In this document: positions 1 to 15,425 of the stretch, piece after piece
Numbering within the stretch: the stretch's first letter is position 1
How the letters are laid out: every line of letters starts with the position of its first letter
Assembly (NCBI GenBank): GCA_025201805.1
Contig: MU619279.1
Location: 121,160 to 185,159 of the forward strand
Direction of reading: 5' to 3'
DNA length: 64,000 bases
Source of the DNA: Parasitella parasitica NRRL 2501
Lineage: Eukaryota > Fungi > Mucoromycota
Notes under the pieces: generated by a model
What the model saw: the letters and a program-made list of their open reading frames with translations, nothing else
Database searches by the model: none
Told to the model about the DNA's origin: nothing
Program-made: the position numbers and the translations under genes

Positions 1-60
1 TCGATGCGCGGGGGGGGAGGAGGGGCTCCTAATTTGACATGTCTTTAATGTATGCCCTAG

Positions 61-3000
61 GACTGTTCGCAACGAAACCAAAGAGAAAATCCTTGGCATC
101 AAGGCAAAGTACCCCCACTTTAACCCTCACTTGGCCATGATTCAAGTCGGTGCCCGAGAAGATTCCTCAATTTACGTGAAAATGAAAGACAAGGCTGCCA
201 AAGAGGTAAATTAAGCGTGCTCATGACTCTGCCGCCGTGTTGGTTGAATGTCGCATTTTCTTTTTCGTTTAGGTTGGTATCTCCATCACGATGGAAAACT
301 TACCCGAATCAATCAGCCAAAGCGAGCTTTTGAGAAAGGTCAAGCAGCTTAACAATGATTACAAAATTCACGGTATTCTCGTCCAAATGCCGTTGCCTCC
401 TCACATTGATGAAGCTGCTATCATCGAAGCTATTGACTTTCAAAAGGACGTAGACGGGTATGCTTTAAATTTCAGGGCAAAAGGACATCAGTAAACTAAC
501 AATCCATATGCAGTTTCCATGCCATCAATATTGGCAACATGGCAAAGAAGGGAGGCCAACCTCTTTTCCTGCCCTGTACTCCCAAGGGCATCATCCATTT
601 GTTGAAATCTACAGGCATCGCTATCGCTGGCAAGCAGGCAGCTGTTGTTGGCCGCAGTGATATTGTTGGTGCCCCTGTTGCAACTCTATTAACAGCGGAG
701 CATGCTACTGTTACACTCTGCCACTCTAAAACTCCTGACATTGAAGCTATCGTATGTATATAGTAGTACCGCTTTCCCCTCCCCACACACACACACACAT
801 GCGAATTATACAGGTTTTTAAGCATAGCGTAGGTTAAATCGGCTGATATTGTTGTCGCTGCTGCTGGCAAGACCGAACTGATCAAGGGAAATTGGATCAA
901 AGAAGGAGCCGTTGTTATTGATGTCGGAACAAACGCTGTTGAAGGTAAAGCAATTTGGTCAAAAGTTTGTTGTAAAAAGTTTCTAAGCGAAAACAGATGC
1001 CACCAAGAAATCTGGTATTCGCTGGGTGGGTGATGTTGAGTTTGCAAAGGCAAAAGAAGCAGCTTCCTTTATCACTCCTGTTCCTGGAGGCGTTGGCCCT
1101 ATGACAGTTGCCATGTTGATGCAAAATACCGCTATTAGCGCTGAACGCTGGCTAACTTTGAGCCGTAAGCGCGATATTTCTGCACTCGAACTGGATTTGA
1201 AGGTGCCTGTTCCTTCCGACATTGAAATTGCAAAGGCTCAAACACCCAAGCACATTGACGAACTTTGCAAGGAAATTGGTTTAAGTGCTAGCGAGGTATG
1301 TTGCAGCTTGGACAACAACGAGCATGTTTGGAACTGACAGAAGCCCTAGTATGAGCTTTATGGCACAGCCAAAGCAAAAATCAACCTTGATGTCTTGAGC
1401 AGACTTGACCATCGTAAAGATGGTCGCTACATTGTAGTAACAGGGTATGTCCATTCACATAGCATCATCGAGCTTTAACTTACTCTCGGATGCGTAGTAT
1501 CACTCCAACACCCCTTGGCGAAGGTAAATCCACTACTACTATTGGCCTTGTTCAAGCTCTCGGCGCTCACTTGAAAAAGGCAGCTTTTGCTTGCGTTCGC
1601 CAACCTTCTCAGGGCCCTACATTCGGCATCAAGGGCGGTGCTGCTGGTGGTGGTTACTCACAGGTCATCCCCATGGATGAGTTCAATCTCCACATGACAG
1701 GCGATCTTCATGCTGTTACTGCCGCCAACAATCTGATGGCTGCTGCTATTGACGCTCGAATTTTCCATGAAAACACCCAAACTGACAAGGCCTTGTTCAA
1801 CCGTTTGTGTCCTGCAAAGAACGGTGTTCGCAAGTTCGCACCTGTCATGATGAAACGACTTGAAAAGCTGGGCATTACCAAGACTAACCCTGCTGATTTG
1901 GACTCAGAGGAAATCGCCCGTTTTGCACGTTTGGATGTTGATCTGAATAGCATCACCTGGCAGAGAGTAGTTGATGTGAATGATCGCTTCTTGCGCAAGA
2001 TTACTATCGGTCAGGCTCCTACAGAGAAGGGCATGGAACGCCAAACTGGCTTTGACATTACTGTTGCTAGTGAAGTCATGGCCATCCTCGCTTTGGCTAC
2101 TGACTTGAAGGACATGCGTGAGAGATTAGGTAATATGGTAGTCGCGTCTTCTAAAGCCGGTGAGCCCATTACAGCCGATGATTTCGGTATCGGTGGTGCC
2201 TTGACAGTTTTAATGAAGGACGCCATCAAACCAAACTTGATGCAAACTCTTGAGGGCACTCCTACTATTGTGCATGCGTAAGTTCTAATACGCTATACAG
2301 AAACACCCTATTAATTCGTGTATTGCCGAAATAGTGGTCCCTTTGCTAACATTGCCCACGGCAACTCTTCTATTTTGGCTGATAAAATTGCACTCAAATT
2401 GGCCGGTTCTGACGGTGATGATATGGAGCCTGGTTATGTTGTTACAGAAGCCGGCTTTGGCGCTGATATGGGTATGGAGAAATTCTTTGATATCAAGTGT
2501 CGTGTTTCTGGTTTACAGCCTAACGCGGTTGTCATTGTTGCAACTGTCAGAGCCCTTAAGACACATGGCGATGGTCCTGAAATTACTGCTGGCAAGCCTT
2601 TACCCGAGGCCTACATCGGCGAGAATTTAGAATTGTTGGAAAAGGGCTGTTGTAATTTAGTCAAGCATATTCAGAATGCTAAAAAGTTTGGTGTTCCTGT
2701 CCTTGTTGCCGTTAATCGTTTCACGTAAGTCAATCATATGTCAGTTTCTCGTACGAAACTTCGTCTCATTTGCTCGTTCATAGTAATGATACTGATGCCG
2801 AGATGGAACTTGTCCGTGATCTTTCGTTGAAAGCTGGTGCTTTTGATGCAGTTGCTTGCGATCATTGGGCTCGTGGTGGTGCCGGTGCCATTGACCTTGG
2901 TAACGCTGTAATCAAGGCATGTGAGGAGCCTACAAACTTCAAGTTTTTGTATGAGCTTGATCTGCCCATCGAAAAGAAGATCGAGGCCATCTGTCGCGAT

Positions 3001-3309
3001 ATTTATGGGGCTGATGGTGTTGACTTTAGCGATTTAGCCAAGGAGAAGATGGAAACTTATACCCGCCAAGGTTTTGCCTCTCTGCCCATTTGTATGGCCA
3101 AAACGCAATACAGCTTCAGTCATGATGCCGCTCTCAAGGGTGTCCCCACTAATTTCACTGTTCCCATCCGTGACATTCGTGCCTCCGTTGGTGCTGGTTT
3201 TCTTTATCCTTTGGTCGGCACTATGCAAACTATGCCTGGCTTGCCTACTCGCCCCTGCTTCTTTGATGTTGATTTGGATGACGATGGTGAGGTTGTCGGC
3301 CTCTTCTAA
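61..3309 (+). CDS. ADE3: C1-tetrahydrofolate synthase (trifunctional methylene-THF dehydrogenase/cyclohydrolase/formyl-THF synthetase), multi-exon; 5' end lies before the window
   Basis: Spliced translation gives [57 protein letters not shown], then the FTHFS motifs [46 protein letters not shown] and MPGLP. Stop TAA at 3307-3309. ADE3 versus MIS1 cannot be resolved without the N-terminus. Confidence 0.95.
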
Positions 3310-3562
3310 ACAAATAAATAGTAAATCAATCTTGTCGAAACAAGATATTTTTTGTAATTTAAAATCAATACTCTATACAAAGCGTAACCACTGAACCGTT
3401 GAAAACGAATGTTCTTTTGGGGGTGGGAGGGGGGGGGGTTACGTTCAAGTATCGCTGTAGTTGACTGAGACACATTCAGATATAACAATAGGAGTTGGCG
3501 CGATTGACAACTGAGTTCAAAGGCTCTTTTCTTCCCTTCGAAACTTTTTCACTCGAAACTTG

Positions 3563-4865
3563 ATGGAATTTTCAGCAGTTATTACATCCGAAGGCTTCAG
3601 AAGTTAGTGCATGTTTTTACAATAAACGATTTTAAAGATAATAACTCGACTAGCCTAGTTTTTTCGGGCACTCTCCAAGTTCTGGCAGCTTTGGGTGAAG
3701 TAGTTACTTTAGAGATACACAATGGGCAGGTATGGCTTATCAGGTCAACCTTCACACATCAGCTAATAAAAGATCAGTTTGTCATGAGCACGCTGAATAG
3801 TTCTAGAACTGGCCAAGGTGTTGTGCATCTTTCTAGAGACTTTTTCAAAGACTACATTTTACTAAGACGAGGTTCACCTGACACAGTTTTGCGATGCAAT
3901 GTTTTAAACAAGGTAAACACAGATTAATTGACTAAAACTGTAACTAACTGAATTTTCTATAGCAATTTTATAGCATTATCAAAAAAAATATGGCAGGCTA
4001 CAAATCAATCAATGAATGCCAGCTCAGAATCACGCAAGGCAACATCAACGCTGTGAATCACACAGAATCAAGAATCTACATGAAGATTCTGTATAATAAT
4101 GGAGTGACGAAAAAGAATACGCTTTGGTATTCGAACGGTGATCCAGTTGTCATGTTTTGCAAGAGTAGATACGAGAGTAAATTGGTGTGTCAGCCGCAGT
4201 TGTTGAAAGATTTTCTCGTTCGATTTGATCATAAAACCCAAGATATAGAGTTTATCTGCACCGAACAGGGCCTAGTATTGAAAACACATCCCGAAAGCAG
4301 AACTTTATCTACAGGTAATTTTGCAGACTTTTGAATTTACACTGTCTATTAACATTACAGTATAAAGGTGATCCACCTGTCAAATCAATGTTTCTCATTT
4401 ACAAGGCAGATTTTGCGACATTCGACATCAAAAGAAATGCGAAACTTGTCATAAACCTCAAAGAATTCAAGTCAATTGTGGACTATGTCGAGTATTTAGG
4501 TGGTGCCCTGGAGCTTCAGTACGAAGCTCCAGGATTGTGAGTGCATTTTTGTATTCAGAACGTATAAATGTACTAATCTAAAACCTAGGCCAATCTTGAA
4601 TACGTACACATTACCAAATAAAGTGATGTCGTTTCTGGCTTTACAATCAGTGCCACCTCATGTCTATGATTCACAAGACGAACCAGACGAAGTAAGCTTT
4701 GTAGATACTCACGAACTTGATTATACCCCGTCTTCTAACTCAAGGCGCCTGACACCAACACCAGCACAGGCCTCAACGGTGCCTATTGGTTCTGGAACAA
4801 GCGGCAACACAAGAGAGGACGATGACGACGAGCCATTATTTTCAGAGATGCATGCTTCAAAATAA
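3563..4865 (+). CDS. rad9: Rad9 subunit of the 9-1-1 checkpoint clamp (PCNA-like fold), multi-exon
   Basis: ATG at 3563 gives MEFSAVITSEGFR, then LAALGEVVTLEI, STLNSSRTG..VHLSRDFFKDY, NGVTKK, INLKEFKSIVDY..YEAPGLP and an acidic Ser/Thr tail. This matches the Rad9/Ddc1 family pattern (S. pombe nomenclature). Confidence 0.8.
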
Positions 4866-6824
4866 AAATTTACCATATAAAATGCTAGATTTTACTGATC
4901 ATTTATTTATAGTAATTGGACCAGAGAGTTAAGCTTTCATTTTAATTTTTTTTTTTTGAGAGCAAAGGAAGAGGTTGGTTAACTGCTTACAAGGCAAAAT
5001 TTCATACTACATGTTCAATGCGCCCCGCGCCAGCCCGAATACAACCAGATTGCTACCTGTCCACATTTTCAAGATGATTTATAGTGTTTAATGTGAACAT
5101 TTCAGAAAATAGCAAATGATCTGACTATGGATAGCTACAAAAAAAGAATAATATGGGTAGCTCAAATGTGAAAAATGGTTAATCTTAAAAATCTCTCAAC
5201 AGGATTATATCGTTTCTGTACATACATTTATAGCCGATAATTGCTATGTGTTACTGTGTACAATACCCCCCCCCCTATATCATAATCTATTGCAAGAATA
5301 TAAATACATTATATCATGATGAAGAAGAAATAAATTAGGAAATTCTTTACTTGCGAAAAAAATCATACATAATACATGTTAGCTTATAACTTCTGCTAAA
5401 ATAACCGTATAACAGATATCTAATTTGGAAAACTTAGCGCTACCTGGCAAAAACATTTGTATTGACGATGTTTGTATTGAAATCTAGAAAGCTATCTGCA
5501 GAAACCACAAATTATAGTATATAATTGCTGATAGGCTACGATAGATAGTAAATCAAAGCCTATCTTTAGGTATCATCAAATCAGGCATGGTCGTCGCTAC
5601 CTGAGCATAACTTGATCTCCACTGGGCAATGTGTCTATCAAAAAGTTATCTGCAAAAACAGTTACACGTTTTTGAGTGTCAGAGTTTCGAATATAAAATC
5701 ACGTGCTTATTAGTGTGGTGTACTTGGTTGTAAAGAACTGCTTCAAGAAAAGAAAATGGCATAAAATAACCACAAATCGATATGGGATGTATTAGAACCT
5801 ATTTACTCAACAATCTAATATTTCCCAACTATTTACTGCTCAGAATATTACAATAAATATTAAGTAAATCAATCAGTGTCATCTGAAGTCAATGACAAAT
5901 AACTTCTCCTATAAATCCATTCACATTAAAAATAGGATGTAGTATATTCTATCAATAGACTACGTGTAATCAAAACGACAGCAGAAATTGGTATTGCTTT
6001 TGCTCTCATAGTAGATTTAGTAACAAAAGCTTCAATATCTTTCTTGGGCCAAGCATTTGAACGACGTTTCAGATCATTATCAAAGCAGACTCGTCGACGA
6101 GCAACCATGTAATGTGTCATAAAGTTCATATTTGTATTTTCCTACTTACGAACCAGATTGTATCGCGCCCCGATCTTTTTGGCTTTGTCTTTTTGGATAG
6201 AGGAGAAAGTCTGCTTTTTCAATCGAACATTGTGTTCACTTCTCATAAAGTTATAAACAGTACACTGTGAAACGTTGAAGCCATTGAACGGATCCAACAA
6301 AAACATTAGGACGCTTAAAAAAAAAAGGAGCAAAAGGGCTAGCATCAACTCCCCCCTTCCGTTAAAAATACTCTTAAAACCTACTTTGTTGCAACTTTCA
6401 AAGATTCTGTCAGGTACTAGCTAAACTCTATATTAAAAGTCGTGCTCAAAATAACACATCATGCAAACCACAAGGCTTATAATATACAGTCTTACATGAT
6501 ATGGGTATTCCTGCCTTGGCTAAAGAAAATGGATTTTCGAAAATAGAGTGATTTTTTTTATTTTTTCTATATAGTTCGTCGTAAAGCTAATATAGTAAAT
6601 GACTCAAACAGGCATTCTATAGAGATAGGCCTTCTGTGTATAGATACATCGTTTGGTATGTAATGTTTGTACGACTCGATTCTCGGTCTACGCTATAAAC
6701 TTGGCTATCATACATCTTATTTATACACAATTACCTTTCTTTCTTTTCTTTCTTTACTTCCTCTTCTTCTTTCCCCCCCCCTTTTTTTTTTTTTTTTTTC
6801 TATTTTTGAAACAAACCCCTTTTT

Positions 6825-7674
6825 ATGTTTTGGTTATTTCTTTCTTAAATCCCAAAAGAACGGTCATGTCTTGGACATAAATGGTGAAGATGAGGCATGT
6901 ATACAGAACTTGAGCAAGAAGGCGCGACTGGTGATTAATAATATATTCGTGTAGGCTGGCTCTAAGTTGATCATCAAACCCCAGGTAAGCTTTAATAAAT
7001 AAATAAATAAAAAAAGTGGCTGAACGGTATACTTACAAAAGCATTAGGGCGAAGATCATGAATTGGATAATCAAGTACATATGAGATCCCGAAAAATAAA
7101 TTATACAGGGTCGTATACTCACTAAATATCTTGCAGTTGTGGACTTTTGAAAATGGTTACTTGGTCTCAAAGAAGACTTCATTTGGTATGAAAAGAAGAC
7201 AGCATGGAAAAAGACAAAAACTAACAAATGCTACCTTACAGTTATGGACATTGAAGGGGGTAAATACTAACTGAGAAAAAAGAAAGATCACCACTACACA
7301 TACTTAATAATAATGATAATAAGGCGATTTGAGGTCTGATAAAAAGGTACTACAATACAGCCGCAAAAAGACAATGTAAGTTGTGATCTGTAGAAAGCCT
7401 CTGATAATGATATGAATTTCATGTCTCTTCCTAATTTTACAGGGCCCACAATCAAAGATGGGGAATCCGCGATGGATTTATTTACGCAGTCGCTGACCCT
7501 AGCCTTGTATTAGAATGCCAGGTATTTCTTACAATTGATCGTGTACATAAAGTACCTGGGCTCATATGCTGAATGAAAATGCAGGATAATGATGATGATG
7601 TTCGTGTAAACCGCAAGACAAATGATAAAGAGCACCAACAGTGGTATATTGAACTATACGAGGGAGACTATTAA
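6825..7674 (+). CDS. Ricin-B lectin (CBM13, beta-trefoil) protein, 8 small exons
   Basis: Exons ~6825-6894, 6955-6984, 7048-7074, 7137-7185, 7242-7259, 7324-7375, 7443-7521 and 7585-7674 splice in frame. The product reads GYFFLKSQKNGHVLDINGEDEAGSKLIIKPQGEDHELDNQLWTFENGYLVSKKTSFVMDIEGGDLRSDKKVLQYSRKKTMAHNQRWGIRDGFIYAVADPSLVLECQDNDDDVRVNRKTNDKEHQQWYIELYEGDY*, with three QxW repeats. The start codon is uncertain. Confidence 0.85.
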
Positions 7675-7945
7675 ATATTTCCACGTACATGTGTTTTTCG
7701 TCGACTCACACACACACACAGACTCTCCATTTTTATTTACACTTTCTCTGCCTACATGGTTCCTTTTTTTTTTTTTGCTCGTAGTACCCAAAGACTGGTT
7801 GATTTATAAAGCGAGAATCCCGCCATTTTCCGCTACCCAATAAAAAAATTTAAAGGGAAGGCATTTTGTTATGGCTTCTTCTTTTTCTCTTTCTTCTTCT
7901 CTTCTTGATTGTCAACCTTTTCTTGATAAATTTCCATATATAGCC

Positions 7946-9577
7946 ATGAGCCAACGTCAGTCAGTTCCACTAGGAGAACTTCGTCATGGTAGCCAAGGCC
8001 AAATTGATGCTGTGAAAGAACTGGAGCAATTGTTTTGCTTGGACCAGTCAACTTTATTAACAGTCGTAGACTCATTCCAGCGTGAACTTGTAGCAGGCTT
8101 GGCTGATGATAGGTCTAGTGATTTGAACATGATTCCAACCTATGTTACTGGTAAAGGAAATTATTGTCCAAACGTACGAAAAAAGAAGAAAAAAAGGGTA
8201 TTTACATATTTGTGTAGGTTACCCAACGGGCGATGAAAAAGGAACCTACTTGGCATTGGAAATTGCGGGCATGGATATTTATGCCTGTCAAGTTAAATTA
8301 AAAGGCGATTCTGGAAAACTGGCCATCAACCAATACCAATACAAGATTCCTCAAGACTTGGCGAGTGGAGATGACTTTGCAGTATTGATCGACTATGTCG
8401 TTGAATGTATATCTGATTTCTTAATGCGAGTGGGTACACAAGATTTATTTGTATACCCCATGGCTGTGTCGTTTGGATTTGCGATCAAGCAGACGAGATT
8501 AGACTCGGGTAGGATTCTATCATTGGGTTATGGCCTCAGCTATCCAAACGGCGTTGGTGTCGACATTGTCGAATTGATGCATGAACGGATTAGACTAAAG
8601 GGTTTACCAATCAAGATTGTTGCAACTGCCAATGGTTATGTATTCAGAGAAAATTACCCATGATTCATTGGTTTTACTAACTTCTGTGCATTTCATGTAG
8701 ATTCAGTGTGTACTTTGCTCGCCCATGCCTACCAACATCCAACAACCCGCTTAGGCATTGTCCACAGTCTCGGCACAAACTGCTCCTACTATGAGCCAGT
8801 GAAGAATGTAACAAAGTTGAAAGACCAAAGTGTTACAAGAAATACAGACATGATTATGAACACAGAGTGGTGCAATTTCGGCTCTTCGCGACGTACGCTG
8901 CCTTGCACATGGTTTGATAGAAAGCTAGCGCGTGAGTCTATCAATCCACAATTTCATGTATTTGAGAAGATGACAACAGGTATTTTTCTCGGCGAGGTTG
9001 TGCGCAACATTCTGATACATCTCGTTGATCGAGAAATTTTGTTTTGTGGCGAATCCTCGGAAACATTAAACACAGCACACAGTTTTGATACAAGTTATAT
9101 GTATGTTTGCGAGGCCGACGATTCGGATACGCTGGAGGATACGCGGATCGTCTTGGAAGATATGTTGGACTTGTCTAAAACCACAGTCGGCGACCGAGAA
9201 GTGGTGAAAAAAGTCTGCGAATTAATAGGAACTCGTGCTGCTGCCTTGGTGGGAGCTTCCATTGCAGCTATTGTGCAACATATGGTTGCCAAGGGGATTG
9301 GTATGACTGAAGAGGGATATGCCATTTGTAAGTTAATTCTAGTGGCAACTCCCAATGTCTGTACTCATGCGAATCTATAGCCATAAGCGGTAGCATATAC
9401 GAAGATTACCCTTCATTCCATCCTCGTGTATGTAAAACAATCAAAGATTTGATTCCTGAGCAAATCGCTGGTAAGCTTTCTGTTGGTGTGGTTAAGCATT
9501 CCCGTATTGTCGGCGCAGCAATCGTTGCCATGATGGCGGAAAAGATTGCTGCTTCAACAGCCTCATTGCAATCATAA
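7946..9577 (+). CDS. Hexokinase-family protein with degenerate active-site motifs (4 exons)
   Basis: Contains MIPTYVTGYPTGDEKGTYLALE, ANDSVCTL, GTNCSY, MNTEWCNFG, FEKMTTGIFLGE, RAAALVGA, GSIYEDYP and VGAAIVA. Stop TAA at 9575-9577. Confidence 0.9.
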
Positions 9578-10210
9578 TACCACTCGGAAGGTTTTTTAAC
9601 ATCATATGCTGGTGATGATTCTGTTATAGATCAAAAAAGAGTCCTTTTACACAATATGTATCGTCTCACTCGAAGTTTACATCATATACATTTCTACACG
9701 TTTTTTCACAAATCAAAATTATAGCCATCCATCTTTTTTTTTCACACTAGCTTTCAGGGAAGAAAAAAAAAATTACAGTGTTTTCAGACTAGATATACCT
9801 TAATAATACAAGACTCATGATACTCGACAGAAATTGCTTGCATTACATGGTATTGATTTATAGAAATGGTTTTAGCATTTTATTCAAATAAAAACAAAAA
9901 CAAAACTATGTTGTTATTTTATATCTTGTATACTTGACTTGTTCGAAATTTCAACAGCTTTTTTATTTTATCTATTGAGAGGCATGTTTGCTCTCGTTTA
10001 GAAGATACAGTGTATAGCAACTTTATCGCTGCAGATGCGATGCATGTGACTTGATAGATCATGGCATTCGAAATGCTGGACGAAAGGGGTGTGCACGTAT
10101 ACAACTTCTCCTCGAATGAATTATGGCTGCCCTCAAGACCACAAACAGGAAAATGTGAGCCCTTTTTTCTCCATTTGTTGCGTATTCAATTATCTTTTGA
10201 CAAAACAAAA

Positions 10211-13010
<2,800 letters not shown>

Positions 13011-13117
13011 ATAAAATAAAATATAAATATAAAAAGAGAGAGACTCGAAGAGTAAGGAACGCAAATTAGCAAAGAATACAGCTCCTGTTCAATGTGGATT
13101 CATAAAGCCCAAAACTT

Positions 13118-14419
13118 TTACTGGTCAGAGCGATTTATTGAACTAGTAGCACGAACATCACTCTCTTTGGGACAACATAATAGACTAGAAATTGTCGTGG
13201 ATGAAGATTGCGAACTAATGGATTGTCTAGATTGTAGTACAAGACTGCCTTCATCTTCATTGTCATTGTATTCTTGAGAAGAAGCGGGAGATAGAGGCTT
13301 GTAAACCGAAAACCCAATATTGAAGGAATGCGATGTTGCTACTGATTTAGTAGCTGATGACGGTGATGTTGATGATGATGATGGTGCTGAGCTGGTGGTG
13401 TTACTATGGAAACTATCTTTAAAAAAAGACGAGGACAGAGAAGAGAAGCCTTCGTCATTATATTGGCTGCTATCATTACTCGCAGTACGTTCCTGCTTGC
13501 GACGCTTGTACCATTGATGCTTGCGCTCTTGTGCTTTCAATTTACTAATTTCTCTTGTGAGCTTAATTTTCGTTTCCTCGTATCTTATGAGTTCCGCTTC
13601 CATGGCAAGTTGGGTCAATGTGTCACGACAAGTACTATTCTGAGCTAGCTGGTTTTCTGTTGCTTGTCGACATTGAATCGCATGATCTACCTGTTGTTGT
13701 AGGACTTCGATTCTTTCTAAGCGCTGCTCGGATGAACGTTGTGCGCTTTCTTGACGTCTTATCATGATGGCTCGCTTATGCTGATGAGTATCGTCTTGCG
13801 GACGGCTTTGCTGCTGTGAAACGGATATATATTTGGGAGGCGTAGTGCTTTTTTCTCGCAATTTAGATCTGCTTGAGCCCCTCTTATAGCGGTAACCCTC
13901 TTCAAGAAGTTTCTTCTTGGCTAGATCAAATAAATCACCTTTTTTTGATATCAGTAAAGGGTTCTCTAGAGCCAGCTGGGTAGATGCACGGTTGATTGCT
14001 TCTTCATAAGATGTTAATGGCCTATTACTGGTATTTTTCCCATAGATAGTGGCATTGAGAATGATGAATTCTCGAGTGGAAGGAGCAGGAGTCTATGATT
14101 ACAAATTAGCATAAATCGGTTGGTAAGATACAGCAGCTTTAATTACGGTATCATTGGCAGGTGGTGTGGGCTGCCCTTGTGGTTGTAATAGCGATTGTTG
14201 TGACGAATTGAGCTGTCTCACAGCCTTTTTGAATTTGATAGAATGGAAAGGCAGCATATTCAAAGCTTTTAGAAATTCTGATAATTCTTGATCAGTAAAT
14301 TGCAATATTTGATCTAAATCTTCATCAGTTGCGCCAGCTTCTATGAAAGCTTGGTGGTATTTTTCAAGCTGTAGCGTGAGTAAAAAACTTTTCAAGGTTT
14401 GGCTTTTATCTATAGACAT
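13118..14419 (-). CDS. NAB (NGFI-A binding protein)-like protein: NCD1/SAM-like N-terminus, NCD2-like domain, coiled coil and Ser-rich tail (2 exons; intron 14093-14146)
   Basis: Exon 1 encodes LQLEKYHQAFIEAGATDEDLDQILQFTDQELSEFLKALNMLPFHSIKFKKAVRQL. Exon 2 encodes ATIYGKNTSNRPLTSYEEAINRASTQLALENPLLISKKGDLFDLAKKKLLEEGYRYKRGSSRSK and continues in frame into ORF 13118-13861. Confidence 0.75.
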
Positions 14420-15425
14420 TTATGTACTAATAAAAAAAAAGTGTAGGTATAATAACGACAAAAAAAAAAGAACAAAAACAAGACAAATTTCACTTTGTTT
14501 TGTAGCAAAAATCTCTCAAATTCCAATTATCTAGTCTGGGGAGGAAATATGCATCAACTTGTGTATAGAAGGAGATGTGTTCCAAACATCTGTCCTGTGG
14601 GTGCGTCCTAGTTGTTTGACTCAATCGCTGGAGAAATTTTTGAGACTGTCAAGCCAATGAAATGAGTAAATTTCCATCGTTGATGAAGCATAAAATGTCC
14701 GGCGTTTCTGAGGAAGCTCGAAAGGAGAGAATCAGATCATAAAAAATGAACAGCAAATCTTTTTGAGCTCCAGAAAGACTTGCAAAATGGACAACCCAAC
14801 TCTGCAATAGTTCGCAGGCCTTTGTAATTCTTGGTATTTATGTATTAGTCGTACCGAATGATGTTGGCTTCCGAGTACTTGAGATTTCTTAGTGTTCAAT
14901 GTAAAACTGTATAATTATGGATACAATAATATTACATTAAATTCACTTTTAATAAGGAATATTAAGCAATAAAACTAAAGATATTTGCTATTCTTAAATG
15001 TGCTTGAGCTAGCACGTTTGAAGGAGTACCAAGAAACCTATAAAGTCTTTATACTGTACTACACATGATAAGACTATCATTTAATAATAACAAATTTGCT
15101 GATCCCTTGGACCTGACAATGGTGATTACACTCAAGTGTTGTTCCTGGGCCATTGTTGATTTTCCTAAGCAGGCAAGCAAGCATAAAAAGCAAATTGTTT
15201 TTCAAAAAAAAAAAAAAAAAGTACCAGCATCTATTAAAGAACGACTAGTAGTGTCTATAAAATATGTCCAGCATTTAATTTCTACGATCTTTGTCTTATA
15301 AAGCGACTTTTGGTTTATCACTGTATTAATCTTAGCCACAATGCAGGCTTCTTGAAACAGAAGAGATAAACAAACCAACGATTCGAAGCATCCAAATTTT
15401 ATTTTCTTTCTTTCACCGTTTCAAA

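Noticed and set aside
5926-6348. Two short minus-strand ORFs
   Set aside because: No recognisable homology or splice structure.
7311-7404. Apparent C/D-box snoRNA (ATGATAA...GATTTGAGGTCTGA...CTGA) with a match to the 25S rRNA 5' end
   Set aside because: The putative guide lies within a coding exon of the ricin-B lectin gene (GDLRSD), which fully explains the sequence.
14680-14740. TGATGA..CTGA and CTGAGGA..GAAA motifs suggesting a snoRNA or hammerhead ribozyme
   Set aside because: The spacing is too short for a C/D snoRNA, and no consistent hammerhead stems I-III could be built.
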